Shown here: positions 27,033-36,802 of the stretch, piece after piece | Layout: each line of letters starts with the position of its first letter | Numbering within the stretch: position 1 is the first letter of the stretch | Assembly (NCBI GenBank): GCA_038065075.1 | Contig: JBBTRQ010000008.1 | Span: 11,960 to 75,959 of the forward strand | Direction: 5' to 3' | Source of the DNA: Patescibacteria group bacterium | GTDB lineage: Bacteria; Patescibacteriota; Patescibacteriia; UBA9934; GWF2-40-263 | DNA length: 64,000 bases | The notes under the pieces: generated by a model | The model's database searches: none | Told to the model about the DNA's origin: nothing | What the model saw: only the letters and a program-made list of their open reading frames with translations | Position numbers and translations under genes: made by a program

Positions 27033-28781
27033 ATGTATCGATCCTGGAGGAAACAACTCGGGTTCCTAGTCGTCATGGCGATGACATTCGTCAGCCTGGT
27101 TCCTGTTGTCCAGGCGGCGAGTGCACCAAATATCGTCACCTATCAGGGACGTATCTTGAACGCGAACGGTGTCCCTGTTTCAGATTCAAGCTTGAGCATG
27201 ATTTTTGAACTGTATACGGCGGTTACCGGTGGAACGTGTGTGTGGTCGAACTCGTCGGCGACCTGTGCCTCGGCAACAGCTCGCACCGTCACACTCACAA
27301 CAGGACTGTTCACGGAGAACCTCGGAGATACGGGTTCATCCTATGCCGCGATCGCTGACTCCGTCTTCGGTGACAACGCCGCTCTTTACTTGCAAGTGAC
27401 CATTGGCGGCGAGCTTCTGTCTCCTCGCAAACAGATCACGGCCGCTCCCTACGCCCTCAATGCCGATACGCTCGACGGCATCGACTCGACCGTCTTGCAA
27501 CTTTTTGAAACAGGTTCGAGCCGCACATTTGAAGATGATGCACCGGTCATCATCGGTTCCAATGCGGCGTTCACCTACGGATCCGGCGCCACGGGCGACC
27601 TGCGCATTGACGATGAATTGGAAGTCATGGGCGATGGGTACATTGATAATGATCTTGTGGTTGGAGCTTCCACCTCCAGCACCGAGACGATTGCCAATGT
27701 TGCCTTCAGTTTGTCCGGGAACGATTTGTTCGTCGCGAGCGACTTAGGCGTTGAAGGGACGGTGTACGTGGATGGAGCGCTCGACCTGGTCGGCACGGCC
27801 ACCGTTGGCGATCTCGCCTGCACGGACTGTATTGCGGCGGCTGAAGTGTCGGACATCTACGTTTTTAATTCTGGCGATGTGATTACGGGGGAGATCACAA
27901 TGAATGACGGGACAGCCGACTCGCCAAAGTTGACCTTCGCGCCGGCGACCGGAACCAGCTGGGAGCTATACGCGGATGATACGACGGATGATTTTCAACT
28001 TGTTGTGAACACGGCTTCCACCGAGACGTTTGATTTTATCAATGGCGGTGCAGGAGTTCTGGACGTGACGCTTGATGGCGACCTCACCATCACCGGCGAC
28101 GACCTCACCATGGGTACCAACACGAGCGGTTTCTTCCTGGTCGCCGACGGGACAAACTATAACCCCGTCGCCCTTTCCGGAGACGCCACGCTTGCGTCCA
28201 CGGGCGCGCTCACGATCGCCGCGAACTCCGTCGCGCTTTCAACCGACACCACTGGCAACTACGTGGCCACGCTCGCGGACGGGGGTGGCGGCGACTTTAC
28301 GGTGTCGGGCTCCGGATCGGAGGGAGCGGCAGTCACCATCGCGCTTGCCGCCGATGCCTGGGATTTTGCCGATTTTGAGGACACATTGGATTTGGACGCG
28401 GCAACGGATATCAATTTGGGCGCCAACCTCTTTTCGATCGACTTGGATTCCACGGGCGACTTCGCCATACGCGATGGCACAACCAACGTCGCGCTGTTTG
28501 AGGACGACTCTACGATCGATATAACTTTTCCGGCTACGGCCTTTCTGACGATCGACGCCGCCACGACCGCCAACAGCAATACGACCGGTGTAATTGATTT
28601 GAACGTCAGCGCGGCTGATGCGGCCGTAGACGCGCTTAACATCGCGCTCGTGCAAAACAATGGCGCGACCGGCGGGACGCAGGCGACGGGAGTGGAGTTG
28701 ACCCTGGAGGGCAACGATGCCGACGGGGACATGTTCGGGATGCGTGTTACAACCACCGCCCCGACCAACGCCGCCGCCTGA
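27033..28781 (+). CDS. Giant secreted repeat protein, N-terminal part (ends at an in-frame TGA)
   Basis: Signal peptide, then long T/G/D/A-rich beta-solenoid-like repeats. In the same frame as 28995-32705, with no other stop between them. Confidence 0.5.
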   Translation: MYRSWRKQLGFLVVMAMTFVSLVPVVQAASAPNIVTYQGRILNANGVPVSDSSLSMIFELYTAVTGGTCVWSNSSATCASATARTVTLTTGLFTENLGDTGSSYAAIADSVFGDNAALYLQVTIGGELLSPRKQITAAPYALNADTLDGIDSTVLQLFETGSSRTFEDDAPVIIGSNAAFTYGSGATGDLRIDDELEVMGDGYIDNDLVVGASTSSTETIANVAFSLSGNDLFVASDLGVEGTVYVDGALDLVGTATVGDLACTDCIAAAEVSDIYVFNSGDVITGEITMNDGTADSPKLTFAPATGTSWELYADDTTDDFQLVVNTASTETFDFINGGAGVLDVTLDGDLTITGDDLTMGTNTSGFFLVADGTNYNPVALSGDATLASTGALTIAANSVALSTDTTGNYVATLADGGGGDFTVSGSGSEGAAVTIALAADAWDFADFEDTLDLDAATDINLGANLFSIDLDSTGDFAIRDGTTNVALFEDDSTIDITFPATAFLTIDAATTANSNTTGVIDLNVSAADAAVDALNIALVQNNGATGGTQATGVELTLEGNDADGDMFGMRVTTTAPTNAAA

Positions 28782-28994
28782 ACCTACGACGCTCTGCTCG
28801 TCCTCACCAACAACGAGAACACGGCCGGCGCGGTAACGGACGCGATCCGCATCACCTCTGGCGCAGGTACCGTCGGATCGATCACCACCGGACTGGATTT
28901 TGACACGACTGACATCACCACGGACATCGAGTTTCAAAACGGTGCGACGCTCGCCAACGACACGGACAGCAACCTGGCGTTTGTCGAAAACAGT

Positions 28995-31900
28995 TTGACT
29001 CTGAACCTGGATTTTTCCGAAGTCGCCTCCACGATTCAGCTTGAAACAGGTTCGGACTTTGACATTGACGGCTCCGCGAACGGGGAGGACGCCATTGAGA
29101 TAAACGCTTCTGCCGGCGGCATTAACATCCTGGCCTCCGATGCGGCTGATGGCGAGGATATCGACATCATCGCCACGGGTTCCTCGGTGCACATCTCCTC
29201 CACGCAGGCCGCGACCGACGCCATCGTGTTGGACACTTCGACCGAAGCCTCGGGCATCATTTTGATCGCCGGGGACAACGAAGTGGACGGGCCGGGTGCG
29301 AACGGCAATGACATTGCCCTGCGCGCGGAGGATGATGTCATCATTTCCCCCACGGCCGGAGGGCAAGTCATCATTGACGCGGCAACGGATGTGGACTCGA
29401 CGTTGACCAGCCAAGGCGTGCTACAACTGCAAGTGGACACGTCCACCAACGCGAACAATGGATTCGTGATTGATTATCAATCGGTGGCCGATGCGGGCGT
29501 GGACAATTTGTTCGCGCAGTCGATCCTGCTTGCCATCGACAACGACGCGAGCGCGACGGACACCGTTGTGGGACTGTATATTTCCTCGTCCAATTTGGAC
29601 GTGAGCGGTGCGGGGACAGGCATCCGTATTGAGAAAGCGGAGACGACGGCAACCGGTGACGCAGACATGTCGGTCGGACTGCATCTGGTCAACATCGATA
29701 CGGACGCGGATGCCGGTGGCGGTGGTGATCAAGCCTCGGACATCAGCAATGGCATCTACTTTGAATCCACGCCAGGCACGACCGGCGGATTTGTCTACGG
29801 ACTCAATTTTGATAACGCGGACATCACCACGGCGGAGATCGTTTTTGAAAATGGGGACACGCTTGCCAACCAAACCGATGGCACGTTTACGTTTGGACGC
29901 GATACCGATGCCGCCATTACGCTTTTGGCTGCGGATTCCTCCGGCGCGACCAACCTCACGATCGATACGACCGGCGCGGGCGCCATGACGCTTGGCTCTA
30001 GCGACGTTACATCCATCACGCTCACTACCGATAACGGCGCGGCCGCAGACGTGGGCATCACCGGCGGACTGACCGTCACTTCTGGGGCAACGCATAATTC
30101 GTTTACCGTCACTTCGTCGGCTGATGGGGAAACGGGCGCCGTGGTAACCGCGAACAGTTTGACCACCGGCAAGGGAGCGTCCATTACCTCTACGTCCACG
30201 GCGTTTACGTCCGGAACGCTTTTGGACGTCGATTACGACGCCAGCGGATCGCTGTCAGCCAAGTCGATCTCGTTCGCCGAGATCACGGGCGTTCGCGAGA
30301 ACACCGCAACGGTTGGGACATTGAGCGACAACTATGATCTCGCCAGATTCGTTCGCTCCAGCACGCAAAACGGAACCGGGGGAACGTTCAGCTCTATAGG
30401 ATCCGTGCTGTATGTAGAGAACGCCGTGGCTGCAACGGCTGGAAGTATCACCGATACAACCAATGGAATCGAAGTGGTGATGGACGCGGATGGCACGGGC
30501 CACGGGGCGATCATTACTATGGGAACCGTGGGTGCCCCCGCGGCAAACGGCGTGAACAATCAAGGTCTCGTGATCGATGTCAATGAGGCGGCAACGGCAG
30601 ACGCCGTGTTCTTGATTCGTTCCGATGCCGATGGCACACCTGACACGGAGTTTCGCATCGATAACGACGGAGATTTTCAATACGATGGCACAAGTTCGAC
30701 ACCCGCGTCCGACTTGGCGGAAGTCTATCCGTCCGATCAAGCGCTTGCGCCAGGAGACCTTGTGGCGCTGGATTCGTCCGGAGGATTGAAGATCGTCAAA
30801 ACGACGACGCCATTTCAAGGAGGTTTGTTTGGCGCGATTTCCACAAAACCGGCCATCAGAATGGGAGCTGAAGTTATAGGGTATGACGTCGCTCTGGTTG
30901 GACGTGTTCCGCTGAACGTCTCCGGCGAGGCCGGGAAGATCGCCGTGGGAGATCCGCTCACAGCGAGCGCGACCGTCGGCCATGCCATGAAGGCCACGCA
31001 CTCCGGCATGATCGTGGGTTACGCGCTTGAAGCGTTTGAGCAATCCGGAACCGGTGTCATCAACGCGTTTATCGATGTCGGTTGGTTTGCGGGAAATGTG
31101 ATTGGTACGGACGGTCGCTCTACGATCGTAACCGATACCGTTGTCGTTGCGCCGTTGGGAACGGCGACGATGAGCGCCCAGACGTTTGATTCCTACGGCC
31201 TTGCGTTGCGCGGCTCTGCATGGAACGGGAACGAGGCCTCCGCGGTCGCGATGATGCTTCAAAACGTCGTCACCTCGCAAGACGATTATCGGTTGAGCGT
31301 CCGTAACACAACCGAAACAGAAGTCGCTTTCATCACCAATGAGGGAACGATGAAGATCGCCGGCGATATGGTCATTGGTGGACGACTGTATCCATCCGAC
31401 CGTGGCACGACGCAAACAGAAAAATACATTTACTACGATGGCTCTTCAGGAGCCGCCGGAGATTTCATGCGCACCAACGCGAAAGGTTGGTCCACGGGGT
31501 CGTATGACTTTGCCGAGATGTTCCCGTCTGACCAAGAACTCACCTCGGGTGATGTGGTGGTGTTTGCCGGCTCTGGCGAGACGGTCGTTCGTGCGACCGG
31601 CGGGACGGGTGAGCAACTTGCGGGTATCGTCTCAACCCGACCAGGATTCCTGGCGGGCGAAAACGTAGCTGGGGCGTATCCAATCGCCCTGGCTGGTCGC
31701 GTGCCCACAAAGGTGAGCACACAAAACGGTTCCATCATTGTAGGCGATCCACTCACCGCCTCGACCACGGCAGGAGTCGCCATGAAAGCAAGCGAGGCTG
31801 GGCAAATTATCGGGTACGCGCTTGAGAGCTACACGGGTGATGAATCAGATAATCTCATTCTTGCGTATGTGAACGTTGGATATTGGTCCGGTGGTCCTCA

Positions 31901-32705
31901 AACGATCATGATCATGCAAAACGTGGCAAGCGAGGCTCCCGCGAGCACGCAGAACTACACGGCGCTCAACATGAGCGGAAACATTTTCATGGCGACGAAT
32001 TCGATTCTCTCGATCGGACGGCTTGAGGGCATCGGCGCGCTATGGTCGATCGAATCGGACGGAACGATCAAGACGCAGGGCGAACTCAAGACCGTCACGT
32101 TGTCCTACCAAGGGGTCAACGTCGAGACTGTCGCCGTCACGTCCCCGGAGAGTGTCATCACTCTTACCGGCACATCGACGCTCGTCGACGGAAAGGCGGA
32201 AGTACGATTCGAAGACATCATGCCCGAGTTTAATGATGTGATCTCGGCGATCGCGCCGATCCGCGTGATCGTCACGCCCTCGGGGCCAGTCTCGTTGTAC
32301 GTTTCAGAAAAAGATCAGAACCATTTCGTTGTCGAGCGCTTCGTCGGCTCAACCGATGTCGAGTTTGACTGGATGGTGACGGGATATCGTAAGGGGTTTG
32401 AACCGGAAGAAGAGGAGGAAGATGTCGTCGAGGAAGAGACGCAACAAACCAGTGTCATCCCGCCTGCCCACCAAAGCCTTGGCGTCGGTGGGAGCGAAAC
32501 GAGCGAAGCGAGTGAAGTCGAGGGATCTCCAGTTGTTGATGCCGAGTCTGAAGAAGAACAACCAGAACCCGTCGTAGAAGAAGAACCCGCATCTCCGGAG
32601 AGTCCGGACGAAACCCTTATCGATTCCGCGACCCAGGATGATGGCGGCCAAGCGGCCGAGCCGTCCAATGTCGTAATCGAAGAACCATCGACGCTAGAGC
32701 CCTAA
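28995..32705 (+). CDS. Giant secreted repeat protein, continuation
   Basis: Same frame as 27033-28781. Contains two tandem approximately 130-aa repeats, DLAEVYPSDQ..GDLVALD..VGRVPLNVSGEAGKIAVGDPLTAS and FAEMFPSDQ..GDVVVFAG..AGRVPTKVSTQNGSIIVGDPLTAS, and an acidic C-terminus. Confidence 0.5.
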   Translation: MTLNLDFSEVASTIQLETGSDFDIDGSANGEDAIEINASAGGINILASDAADGEDIDIIATGSSVHISSTQAATDAIVLDTSTEASGIILIAGDNEVDGPGANGNDIALRAEDDVIISPTAGGQVIIDAATDVDSTLTSQGVLQLQVDTSTNANNGFVIDYQSVADAGVDNLFAQSILLAIDNDASATDTVVGLYISSSNLDVSGAGTGIRIEKAETTATGDADMSVGLHLVNIDTDADAGGGGDQASDISNGIYFESTPGTTGGFVYGLNFDNADITTAEIVFENGDTLANQTDGTFTFGRDTDAAITLLAADSSGATNLTIDTTGAGAMTLGSSDVTSITLTTDNGAAADVGITGGLTVTSGATHNSFTVTSSADGETGAVVTANSLTTGKGASITSTSTAFTSGTLLDVDYDASGSLSAKSISFAEITGVRENTATVGTLSDNYDLARFVRSSTQNGTGGTFSSIGSVLYVENAVAATAGSITDTTNGIEVVMDADGTGHGAIITMGTVGAPAANGVNNQGLVIDVNEAATADAVFLIRSDADGTPDTEFRIDNDGDFQYDGTSSTPASDLAEVYPSDQALAPGDLVALDSSGGLKIVKTTTPFQGGLFGAISTKPAIRMGAEVIGYDVALVGRVPLNVSGEAGKIAVGDPLTASATVGHAMKATHSGMIVGYALEAFEQSGTGVINAFIDVGWFAGNVIGTDGRSTIVTDTVVVAPLGTATMSAQTFDSYGLALRGSAWNGNEASAVAMMLQNVVTSQDDYRLSVRNTTETEVAFITNEGTMKIAGDMVIGGRLYPSDRGTTQTEKYIYYDGSSGAAGDFMRTNAKGWSTGSYDFAEMFPSDQELTSGDVVVFAGSGETVVRATGGTGEQLAGIVSTRPGFLAGENVAGAYPIALAGRVPTKVSTQNGSIIVGDPLTASTTAGVAMKASEAGQIIGYALESYTGDESDNLILAYVNVGYWSGGPQTIMIMQNVASEAPASTQNYTALNMSGNIFMATNSILSIGRLEGIGALWSIESDGTIKTQGELKTVTLSYQGVNVETVAVTSPESVITLTGTSTLVDGKAEVRFEDIMPEFNDVISAIAPIRVIVTPSGPVSLYVSEKDQNHFVVERFVGSTDVEFDWMVTGYRKGFEPEEEEEDVVEEETQQTSVIPPAHQSLGVGGSETSEASEVEGSPVVDAESEEEQPEPVVEEEPASPESPDETLIDSATQDDGGQAAEPSNVVIEEPSTLEP

Positions 32706-33026
32706 CCGCTAATCGTCGAAACGCTCATTCAACACACTTCTCCGGACCTTTCCCTTCTTCTCATTTGAGGAGGACGGTGCTGGTCCGCACACGGGTTCCA
32801 TGCTTGCCCTGTGGCCTACGCAAGGCGTGAGGTGACAACCAAACCCCCTGCAACGTGACAGGAAAGACATTTATGATGAGGCGATGTTGCTATTGCCCGA
32901 TCATGAATGCGGTCTCAAGTGCAGACCTACCCACCTTCGCCGAGGCTTCGGCGGGTGGGGCACAATTGAATAGCAAAAGCCCGCGGGACCCCACACCTGC
33001 GGCTTTTGCGTTATAATGGGTGAACT

Positions 33027-35381
33027 ATGCACAAAGGAGGTCATTTACTTTCTGCTACGCGCGCGCTCCTCTTGATTCTGCTTTTTTTGGTTCCGTTATT
33101 TTTCTTGCCGTTCACCCTGGAACCGCTGGAGTTTAACAAACAAACACTTGTCCTCATCCTAACCTGCGCCGCGGCTCTGTGCTGGCTCGCCAGCATGCTT
33201 CTTGGGCGCGAAGTGAAGATTCGTTTGGGATGGGTGAATGTGCTCCCGTGGTTTTTTGTTGCCGCTTTTTTGGTGCCGGCGTTTTATTCTGTCGCGCCTT
33301 ATCTCTCTTGGTTCGGCGCGCATCGTGGGGAGTACACATCTGTCTTAACCGTGCTTGCCGTCGCGATTCTTTTTTATCTGATTGCCAACACAGCAAGTGA
33401 GAGATCCACGCACAAGCGCATCCATGTGGTTTTGCTGGTGAGTAGCAGTCTTGTTGCACTGTTCCCTCTGCTGTCGCTATTTGGCGTGAACATCTTTTCT
33501 TCATTTGCGCTCAATACCGTCGGGACGATGAGCGGCTTTGTGACGTTTCTTGTTACGCTAAACGTCTTTTTTCTCGCGGCGTATCTTTCCCATCATGCGC
33601 ATGACTCCCTTTTGTATGAAGGTCTCACGGGGGTCATTCAGCGAATTTTGTGCCTGTTCCTCTTGCTCGCGACGATCTTCTTTCTCCTGGTTCTTGATGA
33701 TCCTTCGCTGTGGGCGCTATTCGCTGTCTCCTTCGCCGTGTTGTTCACGTTTGTTATCTTTAGAGCGAAGGACTTTCTCCACCATGGTCGGCTCATTCTT
33801 CCGGGCATTTTGTTCCTCGGGAGTCTGGCGTTTTGGTTTGTCTTGCCCGGGCTCTCGTTTGTGTCGGTTCCTCTGGAAGTCACCCCCAACGCGAGTGGCT
33901 CTATGACCGTCGCCTCGCATGCGCTGGGCGCGTATTCGAGTAGTTGGGGATCGGGTCCTGGCACATACCAGTTTGATTACAGCCAGTTTCACGACCTGAG
34001 TCTCAACCAAACCGATTTTTGGGATACGCGTTTTGATCGTGCTTCCAGCTTTGTGCTCACCCTCGTGCCCACGATCGGCGTGTTTGGCGTGACCAGCTTG
34101 GGGTTGTTCGTCCTGCTGTTATTCATCCGCTCCATCGTCCAAGTTTTGCGTCCACCTTCGCGCGAGCTCTGGCTGGAGAGTTTTGTGCATATCGCTCCGT
34201 GGCTGACGCTTGTAGTGAGCGCGTTTCTTGTCCCGTGGAACATGACGCTGATTGTGACTTTTGGAATTTTTTCAGGCCTTCTTGCCTCGCAAGTGATGCG
34301 TCAGGAGTGGTCCAAGTCGTTTGCGAAAGCTCCGGGCGCCAAGCTCATTGTCGCATCGGTGTTCGTGGTGTTGTCACTTGGTTTCCTTGTGGGAATTTTC
34401 GTGACCTCACAGCGCTACGCGGCAGAGGTCGCGTTTAGCCGCGCTGTTGAACTTGATCGAGAGGGTGGTGATCTCCAAGAAATCGTCGCGCTTCTTGATC
34501 GAGCCAGCACACTCAACGCCTTCCACGATACGTACGTGCGCAACTTAGGTGAAGCCCTTCTCCTGCGCGTGGATGAGGAGCTTTCCGGTGTGAGCTCGCT
34601 TGATACGCTTACCGACGAGTCAGCTGTATACGTTCAGTCGCTCACGGCCGCGAGTGTGAATGCGGTCGCGCGCGCGACGGAACTCTCGCCCAACAATGTG
34701 TTGAACTGGCTTTCGCGCGGGTTGGTCTATCGAGAATTGATTCCTGTTTTGGGAGAGGCCAGCGCGTTTGCGGTCGCGAGCTATCAGCGCGCGACGGAAC
34801 TCGAACCGTTGAGTCCGTCAAATTGGACAGAGCTTGGGATCACCTATCTTGCCGCGGCGGAACAGGCGCGACCTCTGACAGCCAGTACGGACGCGACAAC
34901 CGCGCAGGGCGCGCAAACACAGCTTACGACTCTGCTCGCGAGCGCTCAGGCCTCTTTTGAAAAAGCCGTTGAACTCAAACCCAATTATGCGCCCGCGCAT
35001 TTCCAGCTTGCCGTCACGTATGAACGGCAGGGACGCATGAATGACGCGATCGGCAAAATGGAGAGCGTCGCGCAATACAACCAGCTGGATGTCGGCGTGT
35101 TTTTCCAGCTCGGCATGTTGTACTTACAGCGTGATGGCATGGGGGACATGGATCGGGCACGAACGGCGTTTGAACACGCGGTGAAACTCGCCCCGGGATA
35201 CGCCAACGCACATTGGTTCCTCGCGTCGATCTATGAAGTTGAAGGCGATATAGCCGCGGCAGTTCGAGAAGTCGAGGCGGTGCTTGAACTAAACCCAAGC
35301 AATGACATTGTCGAAGCACGATTAGAGCGATTACTGACAGGCCAGATTTCAACCGAGATCCCAGAGGCGATTGAGGAGTAG
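33027..35381 (+). CDS. O-antigen-ligase-like polytopic membrane protein fused to C-terminal TPR repeats
   Basis: About 10 N-terminal TM helices followed by TPR-like A..F.LA..Y...G....A modules. Confidence 0.5.
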   Translation: MHKGGHLLSATRALLLILLFLVPLFFLPFTLEPLEFNKQTLVLILTCAAALCWLASMLLGREVKIRLGWVNVLPWFFVAAFLVPAFYSVAPYLSWFGAHRGEYTSVLTVLAVAILFYLIANTASERSTHKRIHVVLLVSSSLVALFPLLSLFGVNIFSSFALNTVGTMSGFVTFLVTLNVFFLAAYLSHHAHDSLLYEGLTGVIQRILCLFLLLATIFFLLVLDDPSLWALFAVSFAVLFTFVIFRAKDFLHHGRLILPGILFLGSLAFWFVLPGLSFVSVPLEVTPNASGSMTVASHALGAYSSSWGSGPGTYQFDYSQFHDLSLNQTDFWDTRFDRASSFVLTLVPTIGVFGVTSLGLFVLLLFIRSIVQVLRPPSRELWLESFVHIAPWLTLVVSAFLVPWNMTLIVTFGIFSGLLASQVMRQEWSKSFAKAPGAKLIVASVFVVLSLGFLVGIFVTSQRYAAEVAFSRAVELDREGGDLQEIVALLDRASTLNAFHDTYVRNLGEALLLRVDEELSGVSSLDTLTDESAVYVQSLTAASVNAVARATELSPNNVLNWLSRGLVYRELIPVLGEASAFAVASYQRATELEPLSPSNWTELGITYLAAAEQARPLTASTDATTAQGAQTQLTTLLASAQASFEKAVELKPNYAPAHFQLAVTYERQGRMNDAIGKMESVAQYNQLDVGVFFQLGMLYLQRDGMGDMDRARTAFEHAVKLAPGYANAHWFLASIYEVEGDIAAAVREVEAVLELNPSNDIVEARLERLLTGQISTEIPEAIEE

Positions 35382-35413
35382 GAAACATTGTCGAAAATGC
35401 CCTGCAATATGCA

Positions 35414-36013
35414 GGGGGCACATAAGTGCCGATCGGACCTAATATGCCCCCCAAAAAAGAACAAAAGGCTCTAAACGAACATTCTCGTACGGCGGAGCTA
35501 CTGGTCGAATTGGTTGATGATCTCGATCTTATTTTTACTTTCGGCTACCAACCTTTTGCCGTGATGAAATACGGAATGTCCGGTATTCGAGAAATGCGGG
35601 AGGCTCGAAAAAGGAGACGGGAGCGGGAGACCCTCCGTCGGCTCAAGGAAAAGAAACTGATCCAGATCGAAAAGCGGGCCGGTGATATCTATGTAGCCCT
35701 CACAGAAACTGGAGCAAAAGAATATCTGCGGCTGAAGGTACTTGATGCGGATTTGTATGAAGATGACCGTGAGTGTTTGGTTGTTTTTGATATTCCGGAG
35801 TCAAAACGAAAACTAAGAAAGTCACTTCGGGAGTTTTTATCAAACGCCGGGTTCATACCAATTCAAAAAAGCGTTTGGATTTCAAAGTTTGATGCCGGCA
35901 AAGCTATCAGTAAACTGCTGACGGTAAAAGGTTCAAAGCATTGGGTGAGGATTTTTGAAGTTCGAGAACAGTAGAAGCCCCACATAGGGTCCGATCGGCA
36001 CCTATGTGCCCCC
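35414..36013. mobile_element. 600-bp unit bounded by 26-bp inverted repeats, carrying one wHTH/Cas2-like gene
   Basis: IR-L GGGGGCACATAAGTGCCGATCGGACC (35414-35439). IR-R GGTCCGATCGGCACCTATGTGCCCCCC (35988-36013). One mismatch between the arms. The single gene lies exactly between them. Confidence 0.5.
35444..35974 (+). CDS. Winged-helix plus Cas2/VapD-like domain protein
   Basis: C-terminal VVFDIPESKRKLRKSLREFLSNAGFIPIQKSVWIS follows the Cas2 pattern (YDI..R..R..L...G.RIQ.SVF). N-terminal basic wHTH-like region. Paralog at 57860-58459. Confidence 0.45.
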   Translation: MPPKKEQKALNEHSRTAELLVELVDDLDLIFTFGYQPFAVMKYGMSGIREMREARKRRRERETLRRLKEKKLIQIEKRAGDIYVALTETGAKEYLRLKVLDADLYEDDRECLVVFDIPESKRKLRKSLREFLSNAGFIPIQKSVWISKFDAGKAISKLLTVKGSKHWVRIFEVREQ

Positions 36014-36084
36014 CGATTGTTTTTGAGTCGGCTGATGTTAGTTCGCGTTCAAACAAAACTCCCCGTCAGCGACGAGGAGTTTTG

Positions 36085-36160
36085 TGGTGGACCCTAGCGG
36101 GATCGAACCGCTGACCTTCTCCATGCCATGGAGACGCGCTACCAGCTGCGCTAAGGGCCC
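36085..36160 (-). tRNA. tRNA-Ala (anticodon GGC)
   Basis: Reverse complement GGGCCCT..AGGGTCC acceptor with G3:U70. Anticodon stem TCTCC/GGAGA with loop ATGGCAT. T arm GCGG-TTCGATC-CCGC. CCA encoded. Confidence 0.85.
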
Positions 36161-36259
36161 ATGAAGTTCGAGCAAAAGTCTATCAGTTCAGTGATGGGAA
36201 ATCAAGAATCCTTTGGTCATACAATAATAAAAGGAGCCGGGGGGCTCCTCGTGGGGGCG

Positions 36260-36778
36260 CTAGCTGGTGAGCGCCATCAAGACGCTGTCGGGGATGGTGA
36301 TCCCCTCGACCTTCGCGATCTCCGCGGCGAGCTCGATGAGCTCGGCCTGGAGGTTGTGCCCCCGGACGATCGAGACGAACTCGTCGGGGTTGTACTCATC
36401 GTCCTGGCTCAGGAACCAGTTCGCGGCGAAGAGAAGCATCTCCTCTTCCACCGGGCGGGTGAGGGTGCGGTCCAGACCGCTGAGGTCGTCGAAGACCTCC
36501 AGGACGGTGACGTCCCCACCGTGACCTTGGAAGGTGTAGTCGCCCCGCAAGGCGGGGATCTGGCCGTACAGGCCGGTGATGTCACCGCGCAGGTGGCTGG
36601 CATCACCCACGAGATCCTCGTGGACGTGGCCGTCCAGCGCGGAGAGGTTGCCGGTCAGGTTGGTGAGCGGTCCGGTGAGCGTCGAGACGTCACCGTGGCA
36701 GTCCTTCGCATCCCCCCACACACCCGCCGTCCCTTCGAGGTTCTGGGCGTTGATGAGGGTGGTTACATTGGGTCGCAT
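36260..36778 (-). CDS. Hypothetical protein with L-x-G heptad repeats, GC-rich island
   Basis: LTGPLTN/LTGNLSA/LVGDASH/LRGDITG/LYGQIPA tandem 7-residue repeats. No known domain. Confidence 0.35.
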   Translation of the reverse strand: MRPNVTTLINAQNLEGTAGVWGDAKDCHGDVSTLTGPLTNLTGNLSALDGHVHEDLVGDASHLRGDITGLYGQIPALRGDYTFQGHGGDVTVLEVFDDLSGLDRTLTRPVEEEMLLFAANWFLSQDDEYNPDEFVSIVRGHNLQAELIELAAEIAKVEGITIPDSVLMALTS

Positions 36779-36802
36779 CTCTTCTCATCCTTTCTCCGGG
36801 GT

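Noticed and set aside
28779-28781. 
   Set aside because: 
35426-35443. GTG start inside the left inverted repeat for the Cas2-like gene
   Set aside because: ATG at 35444 lies just outside the repeat and gives MPPKKEQ. The longer form would translate the repeat itself.
35414-36160. CRISPR context for the two Cas2-like genes
   Set aside because: No direct-repeat/spacer array or other cas genes anywhere in the window. The similarity is to the Cas2/VapD fold only.
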